A stretch of 64,000 bases of DNA from positions 193,378,001 to 193,442,000 of the forward strand of contig OZ024740.1 in assembly GCA_964016885.1 (NCBI GenBank), written 5' to 3'. A program made the position numbers and the translations under genes. The notes under the pieces are model-generated. The model did not search any database. It saw only the letters and a program-made list of their open reading frames with translations, and was not told the DNA's origin. The stretch comes from Eledone cirrhosa. Taxonomy: Eukaryota. Of the stretch, positions 1 to 18,443 are shown one piece after another (position 1 is the first letter of the stretch; the number at the start of each line of letters is the position of its first letter).

Positions 1-1686
1 ATTTCCGCAGCAAGACATGCTTAACATAATTTGATACGCATATACAAATACGTATTCACACACATTAGCAGACACATTTATTCATAGTGAAAGCATAATG
101 GAGAGTGTCTGCCCTTTATTCTTTTCACAGAGAGGCCGTGGTTCTATCTACATTAAACATTAGTTAATTATGCTAATATTCATTGTCTGCTATCATAGAT
201 ATTTCTTATTTAATTAATTACAATAAATGATTATTGCTCATTATCCAAATTCAAGTGATCAACTTGGTTGTATTTTACATGCTGTGTAGTATTTATAGCG
301 ATGCTATCGAAATATATCTGTGTCAACGTAATCACAGGAGATTTTATCTTCTGATGAAAAGACAATGATATCCGACATGCAAAACGAAAGGTAATATATT
401 AAGTAATATGTATGCAGATGGAAATAATTGGGTCTTTCCACGGAGTGGCTTTTAATTGAAAACATCAAATATACCATGTTTTATGGGTATCTTGCTGGGC
501 ATAGTCCACCAGCTATGTATAGGTTTCCGTTTATATTATAAAAAGCATGGTCTATCCCTATGGTATTCAATAACATGACATCTTGCGCTACATCTACTGT
601 AATCAAACCAGTATTTCTATTATTCTTCTTCAGCTAATTCCATCAGGTTTAGATAATGATTTGGACAAGCCCAAGTTCTTGGAGTTCTGAACTTTAAGGA
701 CCTATTCGTAAGGGATTTGAAGCATTTTGTTTGACGTATAATAACCATAGGTTAATATTTACCCAGCATTCGTCAATGAATTTTGAGTATGAATCTTGAA
801 TTCTTAAGCGCTTAAGTATATTAATATATTCTTTGGGGAAAGGACAGATAATGGTGGTAAGTAATATTAGCATTAGATTCAGTATTGCCAACTTTGATAT
901 TTGATATATAATCTGTTACAAAGGACGTTTATATATGCTGAAATTAAATCAAATGATTTAGTGTATAAAAAATACGTTTTCTAAATGTTCTTGCATATTC
1001 TCATCACAAAAAACTTCATGTCAGTCGTAATAAGCTATTATATTTTATTATCGAGTGCCGGTTATGTAACGATTCTCTTTTAATGATTCTGAGCCTTTTC
1101 CTGCTCTCACCGTTGTTACTTCGTATCAATTTTCTAGATGTTCTAAATCCCACCCTCGCTTTATGCAGACTAGGGATATTCTATCAACAGCAGGTTTGCA
1201 GCATTGAATATGGAAGGCATGCCAAAACAAAAAAACAATTATTTCTCTCAATTACAATAAGTTATGTTGCAGCAGTAATTTAAAATTGGCATCACAAGTG
1301 TACAGTTTTGATATATTATTTTACATCTGAACGATATACTTCTGAAAAGATGTCTCTTTCCTATGAAGGTAACGGTGTAACTTGTTTTGTAACATCACCG
1401 AATGAAGTTCCGTGAATGGTCATACCAAAACAAAACAAAAGAACCAGAAAAATATGGAATCTCAAACCTGCCTGCCAGTCTCCGTCAGCAAACAGCTGGC
1501 TATTTCACAAGTTTGCAAAAGGTGTTCCAGCCTAAAATAAGACCAGAATATGTTGGAGAGAGGAGAAGAAACGAAAGTACGAAAATGAATGGGACCAGTC
1601 TAAAAGCAAATAGGGTGATAGAAGTACATTCTGGAATGAGACTAAAATAACTCGATTACCTGAGCTTCGTAGCTGTCCAAAAGAGA

Positions 1687-1687
<1 letters not shown>

Positions 1688-1725
<38 letters not shown>

Positions 1726-1768
1726 AAGCAGTAGCAGCGGTAGTAGTAGTAGTAGTTGTAGTAGTAGC

Positions 1769-1815
<47 letters not shown>

Positions 1816-1845
1816 AAGTAGTAGTAGTAAGAAGAAGAAGAAGAA
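1688..1845. repeat. (GTA)n/(GCA)n then (GAA)n microsatellite
   Basis: Direct reading; source of the spurious poly-V and poly-L ORFs. Confidence 0.95.
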
Positions 1846-2634
1846 AAAACCAGTGTGTACTTTTACTTTACATTGTTTGCATTTTATTAGAAAGTTTATT
1901 ATCAGAAAATTATAAGTAAACGAAATACAAGAATATAATACAGACAGCAAAAATACGATAAATAAATGAGATTGACAAAAAATATAGCCACCGAGTGGAC
2001 ATCTGCATGTGACAGAGTAAGTTATTCATAAAAGTATTGGCAAACTGAATAACGGAGAATTAAAACATTAAAGGGAAACAAATACATCTCATGATAGATA
2101 ACATAATAAAACATAAATATTAAATATGTAACCAGAAATATATAGTAATCCATATAGTAATCCAAATATTTAGTAATCCATTATTGTATTTAACATATAT
2201 ATTTCTGGTTTCATATTTAATATTTATGTTAAATACAATAATGGATTACTAAACTGACTGCTTGCTTTAATAGATATATATCATTATCAAGATGGTATCG
2301 CGAAATATCAACAATTAAATAAGGTACTCAAAACATGTGAACTTTTATAATGAGCCATCAGTATGTTTATTGTGTATAAACATATAGTATCTGCTTTCTT
2401 ATACATTCCCAATTATGCTTAAATGATGTCTTAACGATATATATATATATTTATATATATATTTATATATATATTTATATATATATATATTTATATATAT
2501 ATTTATATACGTCATCTTTTTCCATTTCTCTGAGGGTTTTAAACCACACTATCAGGCTAAAATTTATTTAGTCAAAAAATACGGTGAAAGCTTCTATTTT
2601 CTAATTTCAAACTTGCCCACTGTTTCAAAACATA

Positions 2635-2678
<44 letters not shown>

Positions 2679-2681
<3 letters not shown>

Positions 2682-3100
2682 GATATTAAACAAATGGAAA
2701 CTACATTTATAAAACCATATTTATTTCATTATATATATTTCAGGGATATCATATTAAAAATATGGTATGCCCTCTTCAGACAAAATACAATATATAGACA
2801 GTTTTATAAATAAATTTGACATACCTTAGAATTTACAACTTCCATTTAAATGGAAGTTGTAAATTCTAAGGTATGTCAAATTTATTTATAAAACTGTCTA
2901 TATATTGTATTTTGTCTGAAGAGGGCATACCATATTTTTAATATGATATCCCTGAAATATATATAATGAAATAAATATGGTTTTATAAATGTAGTTTCCA
3001 TTTGTTTAATATCGTAAAATACTCCAAAACTTGTTGAGTGCTTTTATATCAGTTATAAAATATTTACTCGTTGTAACCCAACGATTTTAAATAAAACTTT

Positions 3101-3103
<3 letters not shown>
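2679..3103. mobile_element. Fold-back PLE terminus: palindrome 2679-3016 (centre ~2848) plus unpaired tail, flanked by (TA)n
   Basis: The ~168-bp arms are reverse complements around acaacttccattt|aaatggaagttgt; each arm carries an HHR. Confidence 0.8.
2908..2973 (+). ncRNA. Type I hammerhead ribozyme (mirror copy on minus ~2723-2788)
   Basis: TATTTTGT-CTGAAGA-GGG...CCC-T-GAAA-TATATA-TA-ATGAAATA; stem I pairs with G-U, stem III palindromic. Confidence 0.7.
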
Positions 3104-3139
<36 letters not shown>

Positions 3140-3143
<4 letters not shown>

Positions 3144-3736
3144 ACGAATTACTATTTTTATCATATGTAACCCATGTGCAACCACGCAGTATTCTTCTTT
3201 CTTCTCATGTTATTTATATATATTTACCTCGGCTGCGTTTGTCTGTTTCTCTCTTACTGCTTCCCCGTTCTCTCTGTTTCTCTCACCTTCTTTCGCCCCC
3301 TCTGTCAGTTACACCTTCTCTCGAATGACCGCTTCCTCGCACTTCCACTCGCTCACTATCATGCTTCTCCCCTTTTCACTTCCTCCCGTTTTGGCTTACA
3401 GCGGGTCTCTTCTTGCTTACATCTCACTCACGCCGGACGGTCTGTACCTTTCGCTCATGAAATCCACCCAGCTTATGCTGACCGGACAACCATGTTGCTT
3501 GCTTTTTTCCTATCTTTGGTTTGCTTTTATCCTTCTATGTTGTTTACTTGTCCCCTCGCTTTACGCGATTTACTTGTCCCAATAACTTTTTTTAGTTATT
3601 GCTCGCACGAACCTGAGGTATATGATTTTAAATACGATGAAATACCAATGATGGTTGGAAAATCACTGACGAAGGACTATATTTATCATATGTAACCCAT
3701 GTGCAACCACGCAGTATTCTTCTTTCTTCTCATGTT

Positions 3737-3740
<4 letters not shown>
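3140..3740 (+). repeat. ~520-bp unit repeat (about 1.15 copies) in (TA)n; homologue of 18440-19700
   Basis: tcatatgtaacccatgtgcaaccacgcagtattc occurs at ~3161 and ~3686; reverse-complement similarity to the 18.4-19.7 kb repeat. Confidence 0.75.
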
Positions 3741-3776
<36 letters not shown>

Positions 3777-4028
3777 AGTATGTTTTGAAACAGTGAGCAA
3801 GTTTGTAATTAGAAAATAGAAGCTTTCACCGTATTTTTCACTAAAGATGACGTATATAAATATATATATATATATTGTTATACTTTGGGAGGGTCATGTT
3901 GCCAATAAGAAACACACGCACCAGTTGCTTTCACTTCAATTTATTATAAAAAATTTATAATAAATGTATAAATTTATTAATTTCTGGTTGGTTGGTTGGT
4001 TCCACAACCAGATAGTTGTTTATATATT

Positions 4029-4071
4029 GTCATAGTTCTTTCGTCACACACTCTGTGACCTCTTCAGTGAC
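4029..4071 (-). ncRNA. Minimal type I hammerhead in PLE pLTR (inverted copy)
   Basis: Minus strand GTCA-CTGAAGA-G-GTCAC-agagtgt-GTGAC-GAAA-GAAC-TA-TGAC. Confidence 0.7.
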
Positions 4072-5180
4072 TGGGGATTCCTTTCTTTTTTTTTGTGCCT
4101 CTCCTTTGTTCTGTCCAACGCCATTTTGTTTATGTGTGTGTGTTGTGTGTTCAGTCTGCGCATGCGCCACATCCGGGTGTCTGTGTGTGTTTATGTTCAT
4201 ATATTTATTTGTTTGTTTACATATTACTGGTTGGTTGTTTGTTCTATATGTGTGTGTGTTTTCATTTTGTCCTTAATTGTAAGTTGTGATGTTGCTGTTC
4301 CACTCATATTTTCTATTTAATTTTGGTTGTAATTCTTTTATGTTTATTGCCTCTGTGATTTGTCTAAACATTGCGTCTTTTCTGTGTGTAGATTCTATTT
4401 TTATTTCTGTCCTCTAATTTACCCTTGTGTTCTATTTTAGCATGTTGGTAGAGTATAGATGATTCTTTACCATCTTGAAGGTCACGCCAGTGTTCATTTA
4501 TCCGTTCCCCTACACTACGAGCTGTCTCACCTATGTACACTATATTTTTGTCTCTACATTGTCCTTCAGTACATATTATGCTATACACTACATTTCTAGT
4601 TTTCCAGTTAATATAGGGGCTTATTTTACAGGTTATACATTTCTTATCTATACATGAGGGTCTTTGAAAAGGGTATGTCTTGCTAATAAGTGTTTTTACG
4701 GAGGTACCTGGTCTTTCTACTATCTTAATATTGAGTTCATGTTTATCTAGGGCCCTTCTAAATTTGTAAGCTAATTCACCTCTAGGGGTTGTATCGATGA
4801 ACATTACACTCTGGTATTTATTGCTATCATACCATGAATTTATTCTATTAGCCTTGTTCCTAGTTGTGGCCAGAGAACTGCATACGCGGGAGCCTCAAAA
4901 ACAAAAACAAAAACAAAAGTAACAATATACGCACACACATATACAACACACATCCCAACAACAACAGACACACAGACACAAACGATAAAAACAACAACAC
5001 ACACACACCAACAACAACAACAACAACAACAACAATAATAACATACCCAGAAACAACAACAACAGACACGCAGACACAAACAACAATAACAACACACACA
5101 ACAATAATAACACACACGGAGACAACAACAACACACATCAACAACAGCACACATCAACAACAACAACACACACACACTCA

Positions 5181-7876
5181 ATGCCTCTCACCACCACCAC
5201 AATCTTAACAAACACACAGACACAGAAAACAAGTAATGACAGTAGCACAGAAATCACAGAAATAAGGGAAAGTAATAGGATTAAAAGGAGAAGGGAGACT
5301 AAGGATAAAGAAAATAACCAAGACGAATACACTGACACACAAAATAGCGTAGATAACAACAATGAGCCAGTGGAAAGAGACACGAGTAATTATGAGAGAC
5401 ATAGAAACAACCATGAGGCTGTTGGTAGAAATAGAAATAGAAACAACACAACTAACAATAACAATAGCACTAGTACACATAAAACAGCAGCCTGGAACTC
5501 TACTTTTTATAATCCCTCCGATAAATCGTTCGACCTGCGACGAGTCCACGCCACGATTTTACCATTTAACAAACGCACGCAATTGCCGTCGCAGGTCGAT
5601 GAACAAACAGAAGCACAATTTAGTATAGCTAGATCCGAACTTAGAAATATTATAGAACAGTATAGCAAGAAGCATAATAGAATGGAGGCCCAGCAACTGG
5701 GAAAAAAATCTGCAAATGGCTTGCGTAAGCTCATGCAGCGCTCGCGTAATGGAGAGATAGCATGCTTTCTATCAGACAAGTCTGGCAGAATGTCGGTTGA
5801 CAGCCTGCCAAACTACATCCAGGCAATGCAACCCCACATCACTAACACAAGAGAGGTAACACCACAGGATCATGAGGATAGAGAAAAAGCCCTCAATGCC
5901 CATATGGTGATGTGGACGAATATAATGCAGCCCAACAAAAGGACTGCCAACAACTTCCAGGCCTGGAACAATGACGTGCCGGCGTTGTATGGGCTTCTAA
6001 AAGACCATAAAACGGGCAGTGACCCTGTCGCGGGACCACCAACACGGCCAGTCTGTGGAGCTAACATTGCTAGTAACTACAGACTGTCCTACTTCCTCTC
6101 CCTGATCATACGCCCCATCATTGAAATGTCCCCAGATGTATGTGACAGCACGGAGGACCTCCTCAGCAGAATCGGCGAGGGTAACCGATCTAGGGCCCTA
6201 ACAAACTGCATAATAGGTAGTATGGATGTTGTGTCCCTGTATCCATCTATCGACGTGGATTTTGCTGTGGAGAAATGCGTAGAAATGATCAGTGAGAGCA
6301 ATTTTGAGTTCCGTGGGATTGATACCAGTGAGCTGGGATTCCTACTTAAACTTACCCATAGTAATAACTACCTAGACACATATGACCTTAGCAACCTGTG
6401 CCCTACAAGACCAGCAAGAGGCAGACCACCTACCATTACCTCAATGGCCAAGAAAACCCACACAGATAGATGGAACGGGTGGACCAGAGCCATACGGACA
6501 CCTGAAAACCACGATGAACTGAAGAAAATGAATGCACATGCGGTAGGGGCCACCATAAAACTAACCCTTAAGGAACATATGTTCAAATTTAATGGAAAAA
6601 CATATGCCCAAGAGGAAGGAGCAGCCATTGGTGTTAGCATTGCAGGCGACATAGCTAACTTATTCATGGTATGGTGGGACAGTAGACTTAAACTTAAACT
6701 TAAAGAACAATTAGAAGACCCCTTAACCCTGATAATGTACTCCCGCTACGTTGATGATATAAACATCGTAGTTAAGAGACTCCCACTATAGATCAGTCAG
6801 GAACTAGAGAAAAACACAATGGAAAGCATCCAGCAAATAGCTAACTCCATCCACCAGAGCATTAGAGTTACTATAGACTACTCAAGTAAACACCCCAACC
6901 ATCGATTACCTGTACTAGACACTGAGCTCTGGTAAGATACCATTAATAACAACAAACAAATTCTCCATTCCCATTATGCCAAACCCATGACTTCCAAACA
7001 TCTGATCCACCGAAACTCGGCCGTTTCGGACCATACAAAAATCAATATACTGATTGCGGATTTGGTACGGGTGATGAGAAACGTGTCCCGCATGTGCAAC
7101 CCCGAAGAACTAGAGAGACACATACAACACTTCATCCACCGTATGCAGTTCTCTGGCTAGAATCAGAGAGATAAAATCATAGTGTATAGAGGAGCCAGAC
7201 CAAATGGGAAAAAATGGTAAATAATGACATAAATGGGACCGGCCCCTTGTATAGGAGCAAATTTTGGAATAGAATAGAAAGAACTAGGAACAAGGCTAAT
7301 AGAATAAACTCATGGTATGATAGCAATAAATACCAGAGTGTAATGTTCATCGATACAACCCCTAGAGGTGAATTAGCTTACAAATTTAGAAGGGCCCTAG
7401 ATAAACATAAACTCAATATTAAGATAGTAGAAAGACCAGGTACCTCCGTAAAAACACTTATTAGCAAGACATACCCTTTTCAAAGACCCTCATGTATATA
7501 TACAAAATGTATAACCTGTAAAATAAGCCCCCATATTAACTGTAAAACTAGAAATGTAGTGTATAGCATAAGATGTACTGAAGGACAATGTAGAGACAAA
7601 AATATAGTGTACATAGGTGAAACAGCTCGTAGTGTAGGGGAACGGATAAATGAACACTGGCGAGACCTTCAAGATAGTAAAGAATCATCTGTACTGTACC
7701 AACATGCTAAAATAGAACACAAAGGTAAATTAGAGAACATAGAAATAAAAATAGAATCTACACACAGAAAAGACGCAATGTTTAGACAAATCACAGAGGC
7801 AATAAACATAAAAGAATTACAACCAAAATTAAATAGAAAATATGAGTGGAACAGCAACATCACAACTTACAAGTAA
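5181..7876 (+). pseudogene. PLE reverse transcriptase + GIY-YIG endonuclease, disrupted between ~6790 and 7210
   Basis: RT motifs GSMDVVSLYPSID, YAQEEGAAIG, YSRYVDDI; endonuclease CITC..NCKTRNVVYSIRC..VYIGETARSVGERINEH; stops and frameshift between ORFs 5181-6791 and 7214-7876. Confidence 0.92.
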
Positions 7877-8076
7877 GGACAAAATGAAAACACACACACA
7901 CATAGAACAAACAACCAACCAGTAACATGTAAATAAACAAGTAAATAAATGAACATAAACACACACATACACCCGGATGTGGCGCATGCGCAGACTGAGC
8001 ACACAACACACACACAGAAACAAAATGGCGTAGGACAAAACAAAGGAGAGGCACAAAAACAAAGAAAGGAATCCCA

Positions 8077-8120
8077 GTCACTGAAGAGGTCACAGAGTGT
8101 GTGACGAAAGAACTATAACA
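8077..8120 (+). ncRNA. Minimal type I hammerhead in PLE 3' pLTR
   Basis: GTCA-CTGAAGA-G-GTCAC..GTGAC-GAAA-GAAC-TA-TAAC; one stem I mismatch relative to the 4029 copy. Confidence 0.65.
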
Positions 8121-8324
8121 ATATATAAACAACTATCTGTTTGTGGAACCAACCAACCAATCAGAAATATATAAATTTATTATAAATTTATTATAATAAA
8201 TTGAAGTGAAAGCAACTGGTACGTGTGTTTCTTATTGGCAACATGACCCTCCCAAAGTATAACAATATCGGCTTCAACACACGATTTCAGATAAAGAACC
8301 ATGCTAAACAAATTCAGAAACGAA

Positions 8325-8495
<171 letters not shown>

Positions 8496-8535
8496 TTTAC
8501 TTATATAAATATATATATATATATAAATATTTACT

Positions 8536-8592
<57 letters not shown>

Positions 8593-8671
8593 CTATGACA
8601 TCATTTAAGCATAATTGGGAATATATAAGAAAGCAGATACTAATTTCCAGGTTATGTAGAAACTTGTATAT

Positions 8672-8719
8672 ATCCATAGTTTTATACACAAGCGGGCCCT
8701 TATAAACTCATCAGTGGAT
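8672..8719 (-). ncRNA. Degenerate hammerhead in a PLE-like terminus (8588-8930)
   Basis: Minus ATCCA-CTGATGA-stem II-AAAA(G12 mutated)-C-TA-TGGAT. Confidence 0.45.
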
Positions 8720-8947
8720 GCCCAGTCAATAAGGATATACGAATTATATCGACATTAACAGAATGGTGATGGTCTCCCTCAGCGCTAAGAAGAGACTGGT
8801 AGATTAGAATCCAGCAGTTCTCTCAATAAAAAAAATACACGCTCTCCCCAAAAGGGTAAAGGGAGGTCATCTTAAAATAAAACAATATACACGCTGGTCA
8901 ATTAAACCTGTTAGGTATTAACCACGTGAATAAGAACTCAATTGGAA

Positions 8948-9030
<83 letters not shown>

Positions 9031-9113
9031 GGAGGTGAGTTTTATTGTAGTACAATAAAGCAATGCAGATATCGGATAAGAAGCACTCTACAGTTTGTAG
9101 GACTGGAGTATAC

Positions 9114-9800
9114 ATAATATAAGATCAAAAGATGGTTAAAGGAGTTCCATGTATTTTATTATGCGCATTTCAAAAACAAACATCATCATGCAATAATATT
9201 TGTGTTTTCATCAGATAAAACAGGAGAACATGATATGAAGGCTAAAAAACACTTGTGGGTAGTGCAGTTTTAAATCAACATATGAAAAGTGGTTTTAGAT
9301 TGATGTGTGATATTGGGAAAAATATTTTATTTAGAGAGGGGGGTGGAAAGGATGAAAAAGGGGAGGAGATGAGAGGGAGAGATGGGTGATAGAGAGAAAG
9401 AGATAGTTTTTATAACTGAGAGAAGAAATATTGTTTTACATAGAGAGGTTGAAAACCGGTTTTCAACCTCTCTATGTAAAACAATATATCTTCTCTCAGT
9501 TATAAAAACTATCTCTTTCTCTCTATCACCCAGCTCTCCCTCTCATCTCCTCCCCTTTTTCATCCTTTCCACCCCCCTCTCTAAATAAAATATTTTTCCC
9601 AATATCACACATCAATCTAAAACCACTTTTCATATGTTGATTTAAAACTGCACTATCCACAAGTGTTTTTTAGCCTTCATATCATGTTCTCCTGTTTTAT
9701 CTGATGAAAACACAAATATTATTGCATGATGATGTTTGTTTTTGAAATGCGCATAATAAAATACATGGAACTCTTTTAACCATCTTTTGATCTTATATTA
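9114..9800. mobile_element. Fold-back PLE pLTR: ~340-bp inverted arms, centre ~9457
   Basis: Centre gttgaaaacc|ggttttcaac; arms near-identical; HHR in each arm; right end runs into (TA)n. Confidence 0.8.
9693..9763 (+). ncRNA. Type I hammerhead ribozyme (mirror copy ~9152-9222 on minus)
   Basis: TGTTTTAT-CTGATGA-long AT-rich stem II-GAAA-TGCGCA-TA-ATAAAATA. Confidence 0.8.
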
Positions 9801-9818
9801 TATATATATATATATATA

Positions 9819-13725
<3,907 letters not shown>

Positions 13726-13741
13726 ATATATATTTAAAGGT

Positions 13742-13774
<33 letters not shown>

Positions 13775-13995
13775 TTAAATGTTAAACAAGGTTCAATGAA
13801 TAAATCAAAGAATTAGTTTTACAATAGATTGGAAGCACTCAAAATAAAAGGTTTTCCGGAGTTATTAATATTAATTAAAAATATTAACAAAAATAGAACT
13901 TCTTGTGTTCAAGTATATTTTATTATACATATTTCAGAGGTACTGAGCTGACTTCAACAGTACGTCCTCATCAGATAAAATCAGATGATGCATGA
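13775..13995 (-). mobile_element. PLE pLTR fragment with hammerhead (13917-13981)
   Basis: Minus ATTTTAT-CTGATGA-GG..GTACTG..CAGTAC..-GAAA-TATGTA-TA-ATAAAAT; ends in (TA)n. Confidence 0.7.
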
Positions 13996-13999
13996 CATA

Positions 14000-14830
14000 C
14001 CCTGATATCGGCCGACTGAACTCACTCGATATGCAGATTAGGCTGCTCAGCCGTTAATAAGCATACGGAAAGTATAAACTTTCAGACGTTCAATCATCTG
14101 GCACGAAGGTATACGTTGCTGACGATAGCTAATAAGCATGAAACTAGTATAGCGTTCCTTTGTCAGTGTTGAACAAATGAGCAACGATGGTTGCTAGACA
14201 CTGTACGGCTTAATTCGGGATGTTTGTTTACAAACACACCGAGCATTATAATAAATGTTCGGTGAATCTATACGTACGTATATATATATATGTGTGCATG
14301 TATGTATGTTTCTATATACATACTACTGTACGTCTGTATACATATATGTATGTACGTATACATACTTAGATTTAAGTAACAGCCGTACTAAGAGTGATAA
14401 ATGAAATTTCGTAATATCGTTTTCGGTAACCCGGCCGATTTACTCACTCGATGTACAAATTAGGCTGCTCAGCCGTTAATATGCATAAGGAAAGTATATA
14501 CTTTCAGACGTTCAATCATCTGGCAGGAAGGTATACGTTGCTGACAATAGCTAATAAGCTTGAAACCTGTACAGCATTCCTTTGTCAGTGTTGAACAAAT
14601 GAGCAACGATAGTTGCTAGACACTGTACGGCTTAATTAGGGATGTTTGTTTACAAACCAACCGAGCATTATAATAAATGTTCGGTGAATCCATACGTACA
14701 TATATATGTATGCATGTATGTATATATATATACATACTATTGTACGTCTGTATACATATATGAATGTACGTATACATACTTGTATTTAAGTAACGTCCGT
14801 ACTAAGAGTGAGAAATAAAATTTCGTTTCA
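14000..14830 (+). mobile_element. HHR tandem repeat family C (2 x ~422 bp), diverged relative of family B
   Basis: ggctgctcagccgttaata at 14041 and 14463; HHR 14114-14154 CGTTG-CTGACGA-..GCT aata AGC..-GAAA-CTAG-TA-TAGCG; second copy degenerate. Confidence 0.8.
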
Positions 14831-15069
14831 CTGCTGTGTCCCTTTCTGGTAGTGAATGAGAAGTTATTTGGGGTGTGGGTTATTTTATAAAGGTCAGATT
14901 TAGCAATGGCCAGCTGGCCAGCTGCTGGTCAGTGAGGGGGGTGGAAGCAATATACATACATATATCTTCCTGTGGTCGGTAGGAGAGTGGAGCGTGATAG
15001 AAAGGGATTTAGTGCACTTACACCTATATATACACACATACCTTCATCCACACATACATACATATACAT

Positions 15070-15136
<67 letters not shown>

Positions 15137-15307
15137 CACACATACATACACACACACATACATATACATACACACATACACACACACACACATATATACA
15201 CATACACACACACATATATATATATATATACACACACACATATATATACATACACATACATCCAGATACACACATACATACACACACACACACACACACA
15301 TATATAT

Positions 15308-15375
<68 letters not shown>

Positions 15376-17234
15376 CCACACATACATACACACACACACA
15401 TATATATACATACACACATACAAACATACACACACACACACATATATATACACATACATACACATATATTTTTTCCATAATATAAGAAGTTGGGACAGTG
15501 AAATTAAAATACAAGTCATTCTGATCACATTGAGTTCTTCATGTAGATTGGGCCCCGCAACCGACAGTGGTGAATTCTGTGTGCGCATATATATATATAG
15601 ATATATGTGTGTGCACGTGCAGGGTTTAACATGGATGTGTTGGTCACACAAAGGCATGGTCTGTCAACGAATAAACCTGATTCTACAGAATTGGTCTCTG
15701 GTCTTTAATAGTAGTGATTCCGTGCGTATGTGTGTTTATATGTTATGACAATTCTATTGGGGTGATAACCCGTTTAGTTTTGGTTTAAATTTGTTAAGGA
15801 ATAGATTTTCTTTGTTTATTCTTTGTTGCTGTGTGAACGAATCTGAGCACTTGTAGAAGGGGAAGATTTTAAAGTTGGGTAGTGACATTCCTGCGCAGTT
15901 CGCAATATGGCTGCTCAAGGGGATTTTTCTTGTGTTAGCGTCCCGGATTTGTTGGCGGTGGATGGTCATTCTTTTACGTAATGAGATGCCCGTCTGTCCT
16001 ATGTAGTTGTGTTTGCACCCACCGCAAGTTATTGCGTAAATCAAGTTCTCTGAGTTGCGGGTGAAATTATTTTTTACTGTAAATGTTTGGCCATCTTTGA
16101 ATGTAAATGTTTGTCCTTCAGTGAGGTAGAGGCACGTTCCACAGTTTGTTCTACCACATTTGGTAACTGTAGGGTTGAGGATTGGTTTGGGTATATTTGG
16201 TCCAGTGAGAATGCGTTTAAGTGATTTGGGTTGTCTTTTACTTTTAAGGAACTTGTGTGTTTCAAGAATAGACTTCATTTTTACATCTTTATGTAGGATG
16301 GGGAGATTTTTGTGTAGGTGATCAAACATTTCGGTATTTCTGAGGTTGAAAGTGGATACATATGGCAGGGTGTTGAGTGTGGTTTTCTGTTTTGGATTGT
16401 TAAGTTGATGGGGATTTAGGTGTTTGCCCTGTCTATTCCATTGTTGATTATTTCAAGTGGAAAGGCTCTTAAGATAAGGGTGTCTTTTAGTTCCTTTAGT
16501 CTTTGCTCCCGTTTAGGTGGATCTGATACTATGGTACATATACGTTTGGCCAAATTGTAAGGAATGTTAAGTTTTGTATGTTTTGGGTGACTTGATGTGA
16601 AAAAGAGGTATTGCTTGGAATCTGTTGGTTTATAGAATATATCTGTATCTAATTTCCCGTCTATTACAGAGATGAGAATATCCAAGAAGGTTAATTCCTT
16701 AGGATTGGATTCCATTGTGAATTGTATGATATTATCTATGTTGTTTATCATGTTTTTAAACGTAGTAAGTGAGTTCATGTCTTCTTGCCATAGGATAAAG
16801 CAGTCGTCTAGATATCTTTTCCAATTGGCTTTGAGGTGTGTGTCGAAAGAGTCTCCAAATAAGAGAAGGGACTGACTGTATATTTGTTGTTCGTGGAATC
16901 CCATGACTAGGTTGGCATATGTGGGTGCTACTTTCGTGCCCATTGCCGTACCTGATACTTGTCTGTATGTTGAACCAACTTCTTATATTATGGAAAAAAT
17001 AGATGTCTATATATGTGTATATATATATATATATTTGGAGGCCATTTCTCTGTGTGTGGGTGTATGTATGTGTATATGTGTGTGTGTGTATGTGTGTGCA
17101 TGTGGATGTATGTATTGTCTGTGCGTGTGTGTGTGTGTGTATATATATGTGTGTGTATGTGTATATATATGTGTGTATGTGTATGTTTGTATGTGTGTAT
17201 GTATATATATGTGTGTGTGTGTATGTATGTGTGG

Positions 17235-17290
<56 letters not shown>

Positions 17291-17449
17291 GTGTGTGTGT
17301 GTGTGTATGTATGTGTGTATCTGGATGTATGTGTATGTATATATATGTGTGTGTGTGTATATATATATGTGTGTGTATGTGTATATATGTGTGTGTGTGT
17401 GTCTGTGTGTATGTATATGTATGTGTGTGTATATGTATGTGTGTATAAG

Positions 17450-17524
<75 letters not shown>

Positions 17525-18045
17525 ATGTATATGTATATGTATTTCTGTGTGGATGAAGGTATGTGTGTATATATAGGTGTAAGTGCACTAAATCCCTTTC
17601 TATCACGCTCCACTCTCCTACCGACCACAGGAAGATATATGTATGTATATTGCTTCCACCCCCTCACTGACCAGCAGCTGGCCAGCTGGCCATTGCTAAA
17701 TCTGACCTTTATAAAATAACCCACACCCCAAATAACTTCTCATTCACTACCAGAAAGGGACACAGCAGTCAACTTGTTGCTACCTAGATGAAAACTACTA
17801 TGAAATCCCACAATGAATTTTATACTTGAATTTTCAAATCTCAAATTTTAACTCTTCGTATTATTAATTTTTCTTAATATTAATCAACATTTGAAAAGAT
17901 GGCTTTTGTAGACCCATCGAAACCGGTCATTTTTTATACCCTATATTATTTCCTTACCTTATAAAATTATATGTTTTTTCACAAAAAAGTATTCTGTCTC
18001 TTATATATTCCATGTGCCATAACCAACCTCAATTTTCTCTCTCTA
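14830..18045 (-). mobile_element. 5'-truncated PLE with inverted 3' copy (16975-18045) and microsatellite-rich 3' UTR
   Basis: 14830-15493 is an inverted repeat of 16975-17770; degenerate HHR at 17886-17933 (+): TTGAAAA-GATGG..CCATC-GAAA-CCGG-TC. Confidence 0.88.
15754..16975 (-). pseudogene. PLE RT C-terminal half + GIY-YIG endonuclease (frameshift ~16416)
   Basis: [49 protein letters not shown]; CGRTNCGTC..NLIYAITCGGC..YIGQTG..RMTIHR. Confidence 0.92.
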
Positions 18046-18073
18046 TATATATATATATGTGTGTGTGTGTATA

Positions 18074-18112
<39 letters not shown>

Positions 18113-18272
18113 ATATATATGTATATATATCTATATGTATATATATATATATATATATGTAAGTATATATATATATTTATTAAATTAAATATTTGCTCTA
18201 CGGTTCTTATATATTTGATATATATTTATCCTTATCGAGCCCTCTTTGGATTTTAGTCTTCAAATTTAGTAT

Positions 18273-18376
<104 letters not shown>

Positions 18377-18387
18377 GTAAGTATATA

Positions 18388-18439
<52 letters not shown>

Positions 18440-18443
<4 letters not shown>

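Noticed and set aside
337-390. Possible 54-bp exon (cag..AAG|gtaata)
   Set aside because: Weak acceptor and no recognisable protein similarity.
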